NCBI GenBank assembly: GCA_951406725.2
Contig: OX597831.1
Location: 13,020,001-13,084,000 of the forward strand
Direction of reading: 5' to 3'
Source of the DNA: Octopus vulgaris
Lineage: Eukaryota
DNA: 64,000 nucleotides
In this document: positions 34,914 to 47,221 of the stretch, in pieces
Layout of the letters: every line of letters begins with the position of its first letter
Numbering within the stretch: the first letter of the stretch is position 1
The notes under the pieces: generated by a model
The model's input: only the letters and a program-made list of their open reading frames with translations
Database searches by the model: none
Told to the model about the DNA's origin: nothing
Program-made: the position numbers and the translations under genes

Positions 34914-35817
34914 GGGTGTTTGAAGTGGTGTACAGATATTGTATATTAAGAAAAAGGGAGCAGCCAGAATTTTGGATAATTCTTTATTAGGGCTTTCGTT
35001 AGTTTAACCGAATTCTTCAAGAAAATTTGAACCAAAATAATAATACATACACACACGCATGCATACACACACACACACACATACATACATACATACATAC
35101 ATACATACATACATACATACATACATACATACATACATACATGCATATACATACATATATACAAGAAAATAAGCCGACGGTGACTTCATCGGCCTTGTCA
35201 CTGATATGTTACTCACGATGACTTGCTGCAAGGAACTTTGTCATCTCCGATATTAGAAAACGTGAATAATGTGATCACTGACGTCCTGAATAGCTGCCAG
35301 GTTGAATAAAAGTCTGGTTTTCGCAATTGAAATAATAATTGAAAATTTCGTATCGCCTACGTATCAAGAAAGACAGTGCGAATTTCCGTGCGTGTCAGAA
35401 ATCTCAAATAGACGCGCTGTATCAAAACGCAATATATATCGGAGGAGGACGAAAAATCAACCTAGCAGTAGCTAACAGGGACGCCAAATGCATTTCGGTC
35501 ACCTTCGGCCTTAGTTATTGCATAAACTGGATATTTATGTGGCCCGGTGGCCATTCACAGTATCATAGAATGTATTCATTCACTTGTTGCAGTCATTAGA
35601 CTGTGGCCATGCCGGGACATCACTTCGAAGAATTTTGGTCGAACGAACCAATCCCAGTATATATTTTCGAAGCTTGGTTCTTATTCTATCGGTCTTCTAT
35701 ACCGAACAACTAGGTTACGGGGACATAAACCTACCAACACCCGTTGTGAAGCGGTGGTGGGGGATAGATACAGACACTAAAACACACTCATATCCATCCA
35801 TCCATCCATCCATCCAT

Positions 35818-35877
<60 letters not shown>

Positions 35878-36395
35878 TAGGGAATGGGGCAGATAAAACA
35901 TAGGCTACATATGTTTCATAGCTTGCGGAACCTGGCAATTAAGAAATTATTCAAACGAGGAGTCGACCGCAACCTACTCTTCAGCCCAAGGAGGCCTTGA
36001 TTGTTTTAAGTCAACACGGGGTCTTCTAGCGACAACGTAAACTTCATATAATCAAGGTACCCTTGGCCTGAAGGGTACCTTGTTGTCTACCCCTAGTTTG
36101 GACAATTTATTACTTCAGAGGTTCCTTTAGTTACGAAACAGATGTAGCCTGGATTTTGTCTTCTCCATTCCCTAATTTTTGAGCATTCATTCGCATACAC
36201 AACCCCCGTTGCTTAGCGCGAACTGTAAAATTAACTTTTTCAGCTTATCGGACTTCGATACGAGAAAAATTCACAACCTTCTGTGCCACAATAAACCATT
36301 ATTGTTCCTGAAAGTTCTTCTACGGATTGCTTGAAGGTCACTAACTTATACCCTTAATCCTTACACACACACACACACACACATACACATACACG

Positions 36396-36475
<80 letters not shown>

Positions 36476-36566
36476 CATATACATATATACATATACATAT
36501 ATACATATACATATATACATATACATATATATATATGCATATATATATACATATATATGTATATAC

Positions 36567-36597
<31 letters not shown>

Positions 36598-36598
36598 C

Positions 36599-36641
<43 letters not shown>

Positions 36642-36704
36642 CATACATATATACATATATATATACATATACATATATATATTTATATTATATATATATA
36701 TATT

Positions 36705-36864
36705 GGCGTAGGAGTAGCTGTGTGGTAAGTAGCTTGCTTACAAACCACATGGTTCCGGGTTCAGTCCCACTTCGTGGCACCTTGGGCAAGTGTTCTACTA
36801 TACCCTCGGGTCGACCAAAGCCTTGTGAGTGGATTTGGTAGACAGAAACTGAAAGAAGCCCGTC

Positions 36865-36908
<44 letters not shown>

Positions 36909-37080
36909 ATATGTTTGTGTGTCTGTGTTTGTCCCCCCCCAACATCGCTTGACAACCGATGTTGGTGTGTTTACGTCCCGGTAACTAGGCTTACAATGAA
37001 TAAGTCCTGGGGTCGATTTGCTCGACTAAAGGCGGTGTCCAGCATGGCCACAGTCAAATGACTGAAACGAATAAAAGAGT
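36705..37080 (+). mobile_element. SINE family B, near full length
   Basis: GGCGTAGGAGTAGCTGTGTGGTAAG head, CCTTGGGCAAGTG CORE-like segment, internal (TA)n(TG)n, tail CAGCATGGCCACAGTCAAATGACTGAAAC. Confidence 0.9.
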
Positions 37081-37435
37081 ATAAAGAGTATATATATGCA
37101 TGCATGTATGTATATTAGCAAAAGGCAATCCAGCATAACTTGGATATATGAGAGGCGTTATATGCCTCGAAAGAACTTATCGTACGGACGCATGGGGCAT
37201 AAAAGCAACATTAACTGTATTGCTGGCAGGCGAGAATAGCTAGATCACGTGATTTCGACGTAGAGGGAGCACATCTAAACCACGTTATATGGCAGTATTT
37301 ATACACCCACCCATACACACACACACGTATATATATGTATGCGTATACATACCCAAATTTACTAAACTGTAATCCATTTACTCTCTGCGTTTATGATGAG
37401 GTCTTATATGTTGCGTGTGTTAAGGGAGGGTAATA

Positions 37436-37476
37436 CTGTGCTGATGACGCCTATTGAGACAGAAACGTGTCCACAG
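37436..37476 (+). ncRNA. Minimal type I hammerhead ribozyme, intact core
   Basis: CTGTG-CTGATGA-CGCCTATTGAGACA-GAAAC-GT-GTC-CACAG; perfect 5-bp stem I, GUC triplet, weak stem II. Confidence 0.8.
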
Positions 37477-37820
37477 CTGTCCTACAGAAAATAAATGAAA
37501 ACAGATCCATGTTCTCTTTTAGGTTAATTCACGATATTATCTCTTTGGGGAGTCGATGGCAATCGCAAACATATTTGAGTTAATCTTTTAAAGCGTATAT
37601 AATAAACACTGAATTCATCTAGTGCAGTATTTAGTTTACAATGCTTCGCCTTAAATGTGTACATATATAAATATACATACATACACGCACACATACACAC
37701 ACATATATGCACATATGTATGTATTCCTGTATGTATGTACATATATATATATATGTATCAATATATATATGTGTATATATATGTATACATATATATATTT
37801 ATATGCACAAATACACACTA

Positions 37821-37954
<134 letters not shown>

Positions 37955-38023
37955 CATATATTTAGAGAGAGACATATATGTATATATATGCATTTATATA
38001 CATACATACATACATACACACAT

Positions 38024-38066
<43 letters not shown>

Positions 38067-38457
38067 TACATAGATACATACATGCATACATATACATACA
38101 CACACATACATACATACATACATACACATATATGCATGCATTCATGAATATATGTGAGTTTGTTTACGTCTGTGTGCGCGCAAGTATATGTATGTACATA
38201 TATGTATACATACGTACGTACATATATATACATATATATATATAATACACACACACACGCTCACACATATGCACACACACATACGATATCTCAGATAGAT
38301 TTAAGTTTAATTTAACTGTCTATGCTCTCTACTAAAACATATGGCCTTGTGATAAATTTAGGAACCATTAAAAAACTAATCATTATAATTATTATTACTA
38401 TTATTATTATTATTGGTGTTGTTGTTGTTGTTGTTGTTATTATTATTATTATTACTA

Positions 38458-38536
<79 letters not shown>

Positions 38537-39308
38537 TGAAGCATTTTGTTGTTATTCGCACATACCATCGCTAATGACATCGAGAAAGTTATTGAGACTC
38601 CTCAATTAACGTTGAACCAACACAACAACAAGAAACACGCCGCCACCGCCGCCACCGCCTCTACCAACGCTACCAGCCGCCACCGCCCCCACCACTGCCT
38701 CCATCGTCGCCGCTGCCGCCAGCGCCACCACCACCACTGCCGTCGCCGACAACGACGGCAAGAAATAAACACATCCTACTAACTCTACCATCAGCTTCTG
38801 AAATAGCAAGTAATCAGATAATGTTATTCCAATTATCACAGTGTTTAGCAGTGAAGAAATACAGCTCTGATCTTTATATTTAGCTTAATCTTTTCATACA
38901 CAACAAGCATAACAAACTTCCAGGTCCGCTCTCTGCAGCGTTGCGCAGCCATATTAACGTACCGTGCAACATACGACATCAATAATGGTGAAATGTTCAA
39001 CAAATTATGACCTGGAAAGAAATGAGCTGCAGGACATATTAGATAGTGTAGGCCTAGATGGGCGTAAGCATGGCTGTGTGGTTTAGGAATCTCACCTTGC
39101 AACCACTTGGATTCCGGTTCAGTTCCATCATTCGTCATATTAGGTGACTGCAATCATGGGCCCTGGACACGGCAGCTGTGTGGAAGCACACTGTGTGTGT
39201 ATGTATATATATACGTACACACACACACACAAACACACACACACATATATGCATATATACATACATATAGGTATATAGATACATATATATGTATATATAC
39301 ATGCATAT

Positions 39309-39600
39309 ATGGGTACAGGACGTCAAAAGAAACGTTGAACACAATGAGAAGCGAGAACATAAAAGCAAAAACATAGAAAACGAACTTTTTTTCGAACAAG
39401 GAAAAAAATCCCCCAGAGAAACGAGACATGCAACATAAAGAATATTATCCTTCATCAGTTGTCCCTGTTTCATCTACTCGGCGTTTCGAAGGCAAGGATA
39501 AGACGCGACTACATTGAAACAATCCTTCCCGCAAAGCAAAATAATATAAGGATCGAAATGCTGAAGTGAGTAAAGCGAGCCAATAAGCTATTCGCCACTC
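39309..39600 (-). mobile_element. pLTR-like fragment (TGGGTACAGGACGTCA terminus)
   Basis: Same terminus as 9510-9760; carries GAAAC..GTA and CTGATGA motifs on the minus strand. Confidence 0.5.
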
Positions 39601-39941
39601 TTCTTTAAGCAGAAAAGCAGGGGGACGTTGTTCCTTTGTGTAGCTCATCGTTTTCCCAACTGATTAAATCAGCTCAAATGTTTAAAGTTTTGATCAGTTC
39701 AAATATATTTGGGACATATTTAAAATCTACAAATGGATTTTTCGCTGCAGTTTGCCATAGAATAACAAAATTCTTGTTTTAGACAAAAAAAGGAAGAACA
39801 CGAAAGTAAGAACACTATAGTCTGCTAAGAGGACTCTCTAAAGACTTGTAAATACATTTCCAGTTCCTCAATTGTCTTCAGTACCAGATACAAAGGGAGG
39901 CGATTCTAGGCTAACTGGAAAGTTTAACTTTATCTTACCTT

Positions 39942-40164
39942 TTATCTTTGACTTGTTTCAGTCATTAGACTGCAGCCATGCTGGTGCACCGGCTTGAAGA
40001 ATTTTTGTCGAATGAATCAACCCGAGTACTTTTTTTAAAGCCCATTACTTATTCTACCGATCTCTTTTGGCGAACTGTTAAGTGGCGGGACGTAAAGACA
40101 CCAACACCGGTGGTGGTGGGGACGAACACTGATACAATGACACACACACATACATATATATGTA

Positions 40165-40199
<35 letters not shown>

Positions 40200-40366
40200 T
40201 TACATACATACGTACATACATACAACAGGCTTCTTTCAGTTTTCGCCTACCAAATCCACTCACAAGGTGGTCTGAGGCCATAGAAGAAAACAAGAAGACA
40301 CTTACCCAAGGTGTCAAGCAGTGGGACTGAACTCGGTACCATGTCGTTTGGAAGGAAGCTTCTTAG
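39942..40366 (-). mobile_element. SINE family B
   Basis: ACTTGTTTCAGTCATTAGACTGCAGCCATGCTGG..CTTCTTTCAGTTT..CCAAATCCACTCACAAGG..GTGGGACTGAAC. Confidence 0.85.
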
Positions 40367-40519
40367 TAAATATTCACGAATCAGCCGTAAGGAATATATA
40401 TTGATTTCTACATTTTTTTCTTTTTTTTGTCAACCCTGGGGACAAGAATGACAAAGACAGTCCCCGACTGATTTGAGCTGAGAACGTGTAGAGACATGAG
40501 TATCTGTCACTTCTACCCG

Positions 40520-40960
40520 CCACCGTCCTAGCAAAGCCTTTTGCTCATCCTGCTAAAAATAGAAGGCAATCTTCAAATTACACCGTTTTCTCTTTAAAAA
40601 TGTTCTGCGCAGATTAACCATTAAACCACTTAGCAATAAGTGTCTCTGAAAAAGATAAGATCATCTAAGCTGGAAGGCTTTGGCTAATGCAGGAGGCATT
40701 TTCTCCAACAATTTGGTGCTTTTACGCATCCGCCGTCCTAGTAAAGGCAAATGTGAGAGGTTCTGTGTTGTCACTCATCCTGCTAAAAATAGAAAGCGAT
40801 CTTGAAATTATATCGTTTTGTCTTAAAAAATTAAAGGTCAGATTAGACATTAAACCACTGAATAATAAGTACTTCTAGAAAAAAAAAACCCCGGAAAACA
40901 GCATGGTCACGGCTGGAAGGCTTTGGATTATAGGCCTACATGCTCAGAAGTGACCTTGAG
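40520..40960 (+). repeat. Tandem pair of the unclassified ~200-bp repeat
   Basis: CCGTCCTAG..CTCATCCTGCTAAAAATAGAA..CATTAAACCACT..GCTGGAAGGCTTTGG occurs twice. Confidence 0.8.
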
Positions 40961-41381
40961 ATAAACAACATCATCCGCGACCAAAAACGATCAAAAACTA
41001 AGAAAGAAGAAAACCCGTATCAACAACAACAACAACAACAACATATGAAGCAACAGCAAATGTCAAGAAAATAGAAATGAAAATAAAAATAAAATGAAAT
41101 AATAAAAATCAACAGCAGCAGAATCAACAAGCTCATTGGCTGAATATTTTCTTTGGCAATTTACCACTAATAACAGACCTCCAACAAACAACGATCATAT
41201 GACAACGTAACTGATTATAAGTCAGTTTTCTATGAAAATCAAGTAGCAATTCTCTTTGTAGATTGTACAAGTGACAGCTTTCTGTTGTTTACAGGAGTCG
41301 AAGTCTGTTTTTGAATGTAGCTGATTAGCTTATACGGTCTCCGGCTCTTTACATCTACAAACCTGAAGGCAAATGGTTTTA

Positions 41382-41465
<84 letters not shown>

Positions 41466-41564
41466 CTTTCTCTCTCTCTCTCTATCTAACTATTTGTCTG
41501 TCTGTCTGTCTGTCAATCTCTATAATAAAAATAAGCAAGTGGAAAATAAAAAAATATCTAACTC

Positions 41565-41615
<51 letters not shown>

Positions 41616-41792
41616 CCCTCTCTCTATCCACTCTCTGTTCTTTAATCAATCTATCTAAAGTATAAAAATAGGTAAGAAGAGAAATACTTTAAAACTGGCA
41701 GGTGTCTGTCTATTTATTTATCTATGGCGGATAGACATGTAAAAGAAAAGTTTGAAAGATGGTCCATATCTGTCAATCTCTCTATCTCTCTC

Positions 41793-41847
<55 letters not shown>

Positions 41848-41962
41848 CACTGTCTGTCAGTCATTCCGTCTATATGTCTGTCTGTCTGTCTGTCAATCTG
41901 TATAATATAAATAAGCAAGTGGAAAATATAAAAAAATCTGTCTATCTATCTATTTATTTCAC

Positions 41963-42015
<53 letters not shown>
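41382..42015. repeat. (TATC)n microsatellite field with a duplicated ~60-bp spacer
   Basis: TCTGTCAATCT.TATAATA.AAATAAGCAAGTGGAAAAT occurs at ~41510 and ~41890. Confidence 0.9.
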
Positions 42016-42016
<1 letters not shown>

Positions 42017-42430
42017 GCTTTCAAAATAGCTTTCTTTTTTTAGACTATTCTCACATACAAAAGCACATTAAAATTCTATATGATGTTGGCTGTCTAAAGT
42101 ATGTTCAGTAACTTTCATGTCAGTGACTTTAACGGGACGGACGTTTACAGGTTTTCAATAATAAACTTGATGACTCAGACTGTCACAACACAAACATAAA
42201 TACAGGAAATATTAGTCGACAATATTACCTCACTATATAAATTTTTCCCATGCACACAAAATTGAAAAAAAAAGCTAAACAATTAACTATGTAAGCTTAG
42301 GCGTGGCTGTATGGATAAGACGCTTGCTTCCCAAAGTATGGTCTTGGGTTCAGACCCTGTGTGCGTTGCTTTGTGCAATTATCTTCTACTTTAGTCTCGG
42401 GAGACAAAAACCCTGAGAGTGAATTTGGTG

Positions 42431-42495
<65 letters not shown>

Positions 42496-42543
42496 GTGTG
42501 TGTTATATATATATGTGTGTGTGTATATATATATATATAAATG

Positions 42544-42580
<37 letters not shown>

Positions 42581-44204
42581 CTGTGTGTGTGTATATATAT
42601 ATATATATGTGTGTGTGTATATATATATATAAATGTATATATATATATATATATGTATATATATTATATATATATATATGTGTGTATATATATATGTGTA
42701 TATATGCGTGTGTGTGCAGTTTTCTGATGGTGCACCCAGTGCTAAGTGCATTGTATTTGCTGCAGACCACCGTATCTATATGTACCACGTTGATTTTCGA
42801 GCGATGGTCTCCAGTTCTCATCACTCTTGGTGCATCCACCGCCGTTGACCCCACACTAACCATTACGTCCATTTCTGTTTCACCAGAATATCGTCCCCAC
42901 TGGAATCTTCTCCCTGCGCATGTCCTTCTTGCAGGCGTTGACCCACAACATTTGAAACAGAACAATAGCTGAATCAAACTCACCGGTTTTGGAAGATCTG
43001 CAGAAGTCAAGGGATATTTCCTTTCTTCTAGAACAGGGATGATTCTCAACCAGTTTTCTTTTTATCTTAGGACCTCTTTGGTTACTATTTGATTCTGCTG
43101 GACCCCCTTAGCCTTTCGATGTTTTGTTCTTCGCACATTAACACGTGTAGGTTGAACAATGTAAAATGTAAGAGGAAGAAACGCAGCTGTTTCTTGCATT
43201 ACAGACCCATACATGCATTTAAAGCAAAGTTTTTTTCAGGGGTCCTTAAATACTGTAGTGGATCCATAATATATTATTTTGTCGCATGGAGCCTCCAAAA
43301 CTTTATATGGACCCTGGTTGAGGCTGCCGTTCTAGGCTTAGCAAATACAAAAGATGAAACAAAAAGAATAAGTGTCGTGGTTTTGAACACGGAGATGTTA
43401 GCTAAGCAGTCCAATGTCACTTTAATTTGAACATTTACCGAGGATTTCTTAATAAGAATCACATTGGAACAGAGACATTGAAAGACCACAGCTTATTTAT
43501 TTGTCTTCGTGCAGGATAATTGTTAATATTTTCGTTTTTTATAAAGAATACTACACAAACAAGAATAATAATAAAAAAAAAATTGAAATTTATATTCGTG
43601 ATGAATGATGGGACAGAAGACGCCGTGGACAAAAAAGAAATATATAAAGAAAATAAAATAAAAAGAAAACGAAAATAGAAATTAATTAATTGGTTTAGTT
43701 GAAAGTCGCATTAAAAGGGAAATATTATCACTGGATTATCAATGAGAAATCGATAAATGGTAGCTGGTTGTCACAGGTTTTCACAGAAAGATTATAAAGA
43801 CAATGACCGAAATGAAACAAAGTAGCAGAATTGATATTAATTCATTAACAGGAACGAATGATTTGGTTCGGGCGGGAGAAGGAGCAGCTGAAAAGACTTG
43901 GGGACAAAGAGTTTGAAACAAGACAAAAACAGAGGAAGGAAAAATATGACAAAACAAAAATAAAAAGCAACAGAAAAAAATGGTTCTGCCAAGAAGAATG
44001 TTAGCGACGATGCTGAAGATTTAGTTTTTGTTTAATTCTCTTGCAAAATAGGAATATTTGAAAGGATTTAATTGAAGGGGATTAGAGAGGGAACGGTCCT
44101 TCATCTGATACGTATCAATAACCGTTGCTAAACGTTGCTAACCGATGCTAAACCTTCCTAACAATAATGATCTGTGAAAAATCGAATCTCGATGCTTTTT
44201 ATTT

Positions 44205-44622
44205 TTATCTTTTAATTGTCTCAATCTCAGGACTGCGGCCATGCTGGGGCACCACCTTAGTGAGTCTTAGGGGGACAAATCGACGCAAATATGCAATTAT
44301 TAAAATTTGGTACTTACTGCATCGGTCTCTCCGTTGCCGTATGGCTAGCAGTGGGGACGTAAACAAAGCAACGCTGGTTGTCAATAGATCGTGAAAGACC
44401 AATACAGACACAAGCACATACACACATACACACACATACACACACGCACGCACACATGCACACGCACGCACGCACGCACACACACGCACGCATCATATAT
44501 ATACAACGGCTTCCCCACAGTTTTCGTCCACAAAATTCACTCAAAAGGCATTGGCTTGTCCGGTTTACAGTAGAAAACACTAGCCAAAAATACCACACGG
44601 TGGAATTGAAGCCGAAACCATG
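44205..44622 (-). mobile_element. SINE family B, diverged
   Basis: GACTGCGGCCATGCTGGGGCACCACC..GGGGACGTAAACAAAGCAAC..ACAACGGCTTC..CACTCAAAAGG. Confidence 0.75.
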
Positions 44623-44639
44623 TATATATATATACATAC

Positions 44640-44738
<99 letters not shown>

Positions 44739-44789
44739 AAATATATATATGTATGTATGTACACCTTTAAGGCTATCGTGAAAGGCCTG

Positions 44790-44978
44790 GCTGGAAGCCC
44801 AACATTCCAAGTCATTTCCAAATTTCTGGCGGAGTGAATTGTGTCATGGTGCCGTTTTTCTCACAGACGGGGCTCAACTGACCCTGCTATAGTTGGTAGT
44901 CGGGAAAATCAAAAGCAAACAATGCGAATACGTGAAATTCAAAATATGAAATGGCGACAGTTTACCCATCGCACCTTG
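44790..44978 (-). mobile_element. Left end of a Tc1/mariner (probably maT-type) element
   Basis: Minus strand TA|CAAGGTGCGATGGGTAAACTG is TIR-like and leads to a start MTQFTPPEIWK*. Confidence 0.55.
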
Positions 44979-45000
44979 TATATATGTATGTATATATATA

Positions 45001-45366
45001 TCTATTATATAAAATACGTTCTGTGTGTGTGCGTGTGTGTGTGTGTGTGTGTCTTCTAGGATCTCGGGCATCCTCCATCCGATTGCGCTCAAATTTGATA
45101 TGTAGATAACGATGGTATCAGGGCGCGTATAAGTCTTGAAAAAATTACAAAAATCGATTCCAGGTGAGAATGCGATCGATAAAGCCGTGGGAACGTGCAT
45201 TTGTACGTGCAAGTACATCAGTCGAAATCTGTCTTTTGCTGGTGTCTCAAATTTAGGTTAAATCAGTGTTTCTCAAAGGAGATGTTCGGACAAATTGTTT
45301 TGAGAAAATTTGGTTTAAATGTTTGACAACTCAGCACCGTCCATTGGACGGGGGGCGTTTTGCTCG
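45001..45366 (+). mobile_element. Short non-autonomous Helitron
   Basis: A|TCTATTATATAAAA start, CCGATTGCGCTCAAATTT motif, 3' hairpin CCGTCC-ATT-GGACGG, CTCG|T end (CTAG variant). Confidence 0.75.
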
Positions 45367-45381
45367 TATATATATATATTT

Positions 45382-45612
45382 GGTGGCGAGCTGGCAGAAA
45401 CGTTAGCACGCCGGGCGAAATGCTTAGCGGTATTTCGTCTGTCGTTACGTTCTGAGTTCTAATTCCGCCGAGGTCGACTTTGCCTTTCATCCTTTCGGAG
45501 TCGATAGATAAAGTACCAGTTTCGCACTGGGGTCGATGTAATCGACTTAATCCGTTTGTCTGTCCCTGTTTGTTCCCTCTATGTTTAGCCCCTTGTGGGC
45601 AATGAAGAAATA

Positions 45613-45613
<1 letters not shown>
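45382..45613 (+). mobile_element. SINE family A, young full-length copy (long-tail form)
   Basis: GGTGGCGAGCTGGCAGAAACGTTAGCACGCCGGGCGAAATGCTTAGCGG..GAGTTCTAATTCC..core..AGCCCCTTGTGGGCAATGAAGAAATAG. Confidence 0.92.
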
Positions 45614-45649
<36 letters not shown>

Positions 45650-45724
45650 GTATGTATAATTTTTTTTCGTAATGAGATAAAAAGACCAAGGCTGTGTAGA
45701 TTTTAGAACATTTATAAATAGAAG

Positions 45725-45772
45725 GTCTTACAGCTGTTTCCAGGATATTTATTAAATCCCTTCATCGGAGAC
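45725..45772 (-). ncRNA. Type I hammerhead ribozyme (U4->C variant)
   Basis: GTCT-CCGATGA-A-GGGAT-TTAATAAAT-ATCCT-G-GAAAC-AGCT-GTA-AGAC; palindromic stem III. Confidence 0.75.
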
Positions 45773-46067
45773 GGTGCAAGAGGATGATTAAGTCATAATT
45801 TAGATGTGATACAAAATGGAGAGTGAGGTGGAGGAATGAAAATAGATGTGAGATATGCAGAGATATTGTATTTGTAGATCCATTATTTAGGCAGAATGGT
45901 ATACATATAAGATTCCAATACCTTATGAGTAAAATCCAATAAATGACCTATTTTGAACCCTTTTTCGCATAATCACCGAACCTGGAACTTAACTATGGTC
46001 TATCCATACCACTTATTCAGCATTACCTGACACCTTTGGGTCTCACTGACACCATTACCTCTCATAA

Positions 46068-46114
<47 letters not shown>

Positions 46115-46433
46115 GTCTGTCTAAATCTTTTAAAATTGCATTTTCAAACCTACTTTCATATATATATATAATCATTAATTAATAAATCTTAGGGTAGCAA
46201 AAAAAAAATTTAGAAAAATTCTTTGCTACCAGAGGTCTAGCGTGAAGGAAAAATTAGTCAAAAATTAGGCCTTTCACGATAGCCTTAAAGGCATACATAC
46301 ATACATATATATATTTTATATATTTCGGAATGGTCATTTTGCCAGTTTAGCCAATAAAAACACACGCACTATATATTTGGTGTTATTTTGCTTCAGTGTT
46401 ATTTATTTTTTACATTAATCTTAATCTTATTTC

Positions 46434-46477
46434 GGCCAGAGTTCTTTCGTCACACTCCTGTGACCGCATCAGTGGTC
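46434..46477 (-). ncRNA. Hammerhead-like motif with CUGAUGC core (mirror copy at 47341-47384, + strand, CUGGUGC)
   Basis: GACCA-CTGATGC-G-GTCACA-GGAG-TGTGAC-GAAAG-AA-CTC-TGGCC. Confidence 0.7.
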
Positions 46478-46822
46478 CTTTGTTTTCTTCTTTCTTACTT
46501 GTGTCTCTCCTTACTAACCGTCAGCCATTTTGTATTTCTATTGTATGTCTTCATTTGCGCATGCTTATATCTCTATGTGCGTTTATGTTTATTTAGTGTG
46601 TGTATGTGGGGGGATGCCTGTAATATTTGTATCTTCTGTTTATATATGTTCATGTAATTTGTAATTTTATATGTTCATGTAATTTGTATTTTGTTTTTGT
46701 TGTTTTTGTTTATTCTTATTTAGTTCATGTGTTTACATCCACTTATTATTATCATTACATATGCTTGTATGTATGTATGTATAACAACAATGCTAGTAAT
46801 AACAATAATAAATTGAATCGAA

Positions 46823-46855
<33 letters not shown>

Positions 46856-46942
46856 ATATATATATACATATATATATATAGTTATTTATTTCTATTAGTT
46901 TATTTATCTGTGTATTTATTATGTTTTCAGGATCCTCTATCG

Positions 46943-47221
46943 TCATATGTTGTGGTGTGTGTTAGTGCTCCATTTTAGTTTTCTATTCAGGCTAGGTATA
47001 TTTTCTATTATGTGTGTAGCTTCTGTAATTTGTCTAATTGTTGCATCTAATCTATGTGTGGATAATATTTTAATTTCTATGTTACTGATTGACCCCCCTC
47101 CGTGTTCTTGTTCGGCGTGTTGGTACAGAATCGATGAGCTTTTACCTTCCTTGAGTTGTCTCCAATGCTCATTTACCCGCTCTCCTATGCTTCTTGCCGT
47201 TTCCCCTGCGTATGTCGTTGT
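46943..47221 (-). pseudogene. PLE GIY-YIG endonuclease C-terminal fragment (open frame, no start; absent from the ORF track)
   Basis: Manual translation TTTYAGETARSIGERVNEHWRQLKEGKSSSILYQHAEQEHGGGSISNIEIKILSTHRLDATIRQITEATHIIENIPSLNRKLKWSTNTHHNI* retains YxGET, R, EH, H, E and P.LN motifs. Confidence 0.9.

Noticed and set aside
41254-41361. Possible pre-miRNA (TTTGTAGAT..ATCTACAAA)
   Set aside because: Only a short bulged basal stem with a large multibranch interior, and no known mature miRNA recognised.
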